The notes beneath the pieces are model-generated. The model saw nothing but the letters and a program-made list of their open reading frames with translations. It had not been told where the DNA came from and did no database searches. A stretch of 14,169 nucleotides of DNA from an uncultured bacterium (GTDB lineage Bacteria; Lernaellota; Lernaellaia; Lernaellales; Lernaellaceae). Position numbers and translations under genes: made by a program. The stretch is from contig CAZHPN010000140.1 of NCBI GenBank assembly GCA_964534375.1, positions 1 through 14,169 of the forward strand, written 5' to 3'. Shown one piece after another: positions 14,022 through 14,169 of the stretch; position 1 is the stretch's first letter, and every line of letters begins with the position of its first letter.

Positions 14022-14169
14022 TTGCTGGGAGCGCCAACGCCCTCGTTGGCGTCGAACTTGCTGGGAGCGCGCCTGTCCTCAGGCGCCCCGGAATGAAACT
14101 GCAGGTGGGGACACCCCCGCTTTCGCGGGGGCAGGCTCTGCGCTCCCGGCGCTGGGGGCGCGCCTGTCC
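14022..14169. repeat. Cluster of REP-like CTGGGAGCGC-headed hairpin repeats, running off the window edge
   Basis: TTGCTGGGAGCGC at 14022 and 14058, each followed by a hairpin (CGCCAACG-CCCT-CGTTGGCG; GCGCCTG-TCCT-CAGGCGC). Inverted copy GCGCTCCCGGC at 14140-14150. Third copy GCTGGGGGCGCGCCTGTCC at 14151-14169. CCCCCGC-TTTC-GCGGGGG hairpin at 14114-14131. Confidence 0.7.

Noticed and set aside
14022..14169. CRISPR array
   Set aside because: Repeats are 13-19 nt, irregularly spaced and in mixed orientation; no cas genes.

Overview
GC-rich bacterial chromosomal window; the lineage is inferred to be delta-proteobacterial/Myxococcota-like. Left to right: (1) the 3' part of an NHL-repeat (NHLRC2/SOQ1-like) beta-propeller gene; (2) an inverted heptamer-repeat hairpin; (3) a lipoprotein with a 6-Cys module, a 71-codon Asp/Asn tract and a 7-blade WGSS-repeat propeller; (4) a lower-GC gene encoding wHTH + HATPase + STAS-like DUF4325 domains; (5) a Gld-like ABC operon (GldA-like ATPase, GldF-GldG fusion, triple-repeat DUF4340 protein); (6) a Phd/YefM-RelE toxin-antitoxin pair; (7) a CbiMNQO/NikMNQO-type ECF metal transporter, probably for nickel, with a NikR-like box, a ~400-bp nested inverted-repeat insert between Q and O, and an H-loop His>Gln change in the ATPase; (8) a divergent HXXEE membrane protein gene; (9) a hicAB pair with a palindromic operator and an apparently leaderless hicA. 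Several different REP-like hairpin families sit in the intergenic gaps. No rRNA, tRNA, CRISPR array, transposase or integrase was seen. All family assignments come from motif recognition by eye; no database searches were run.
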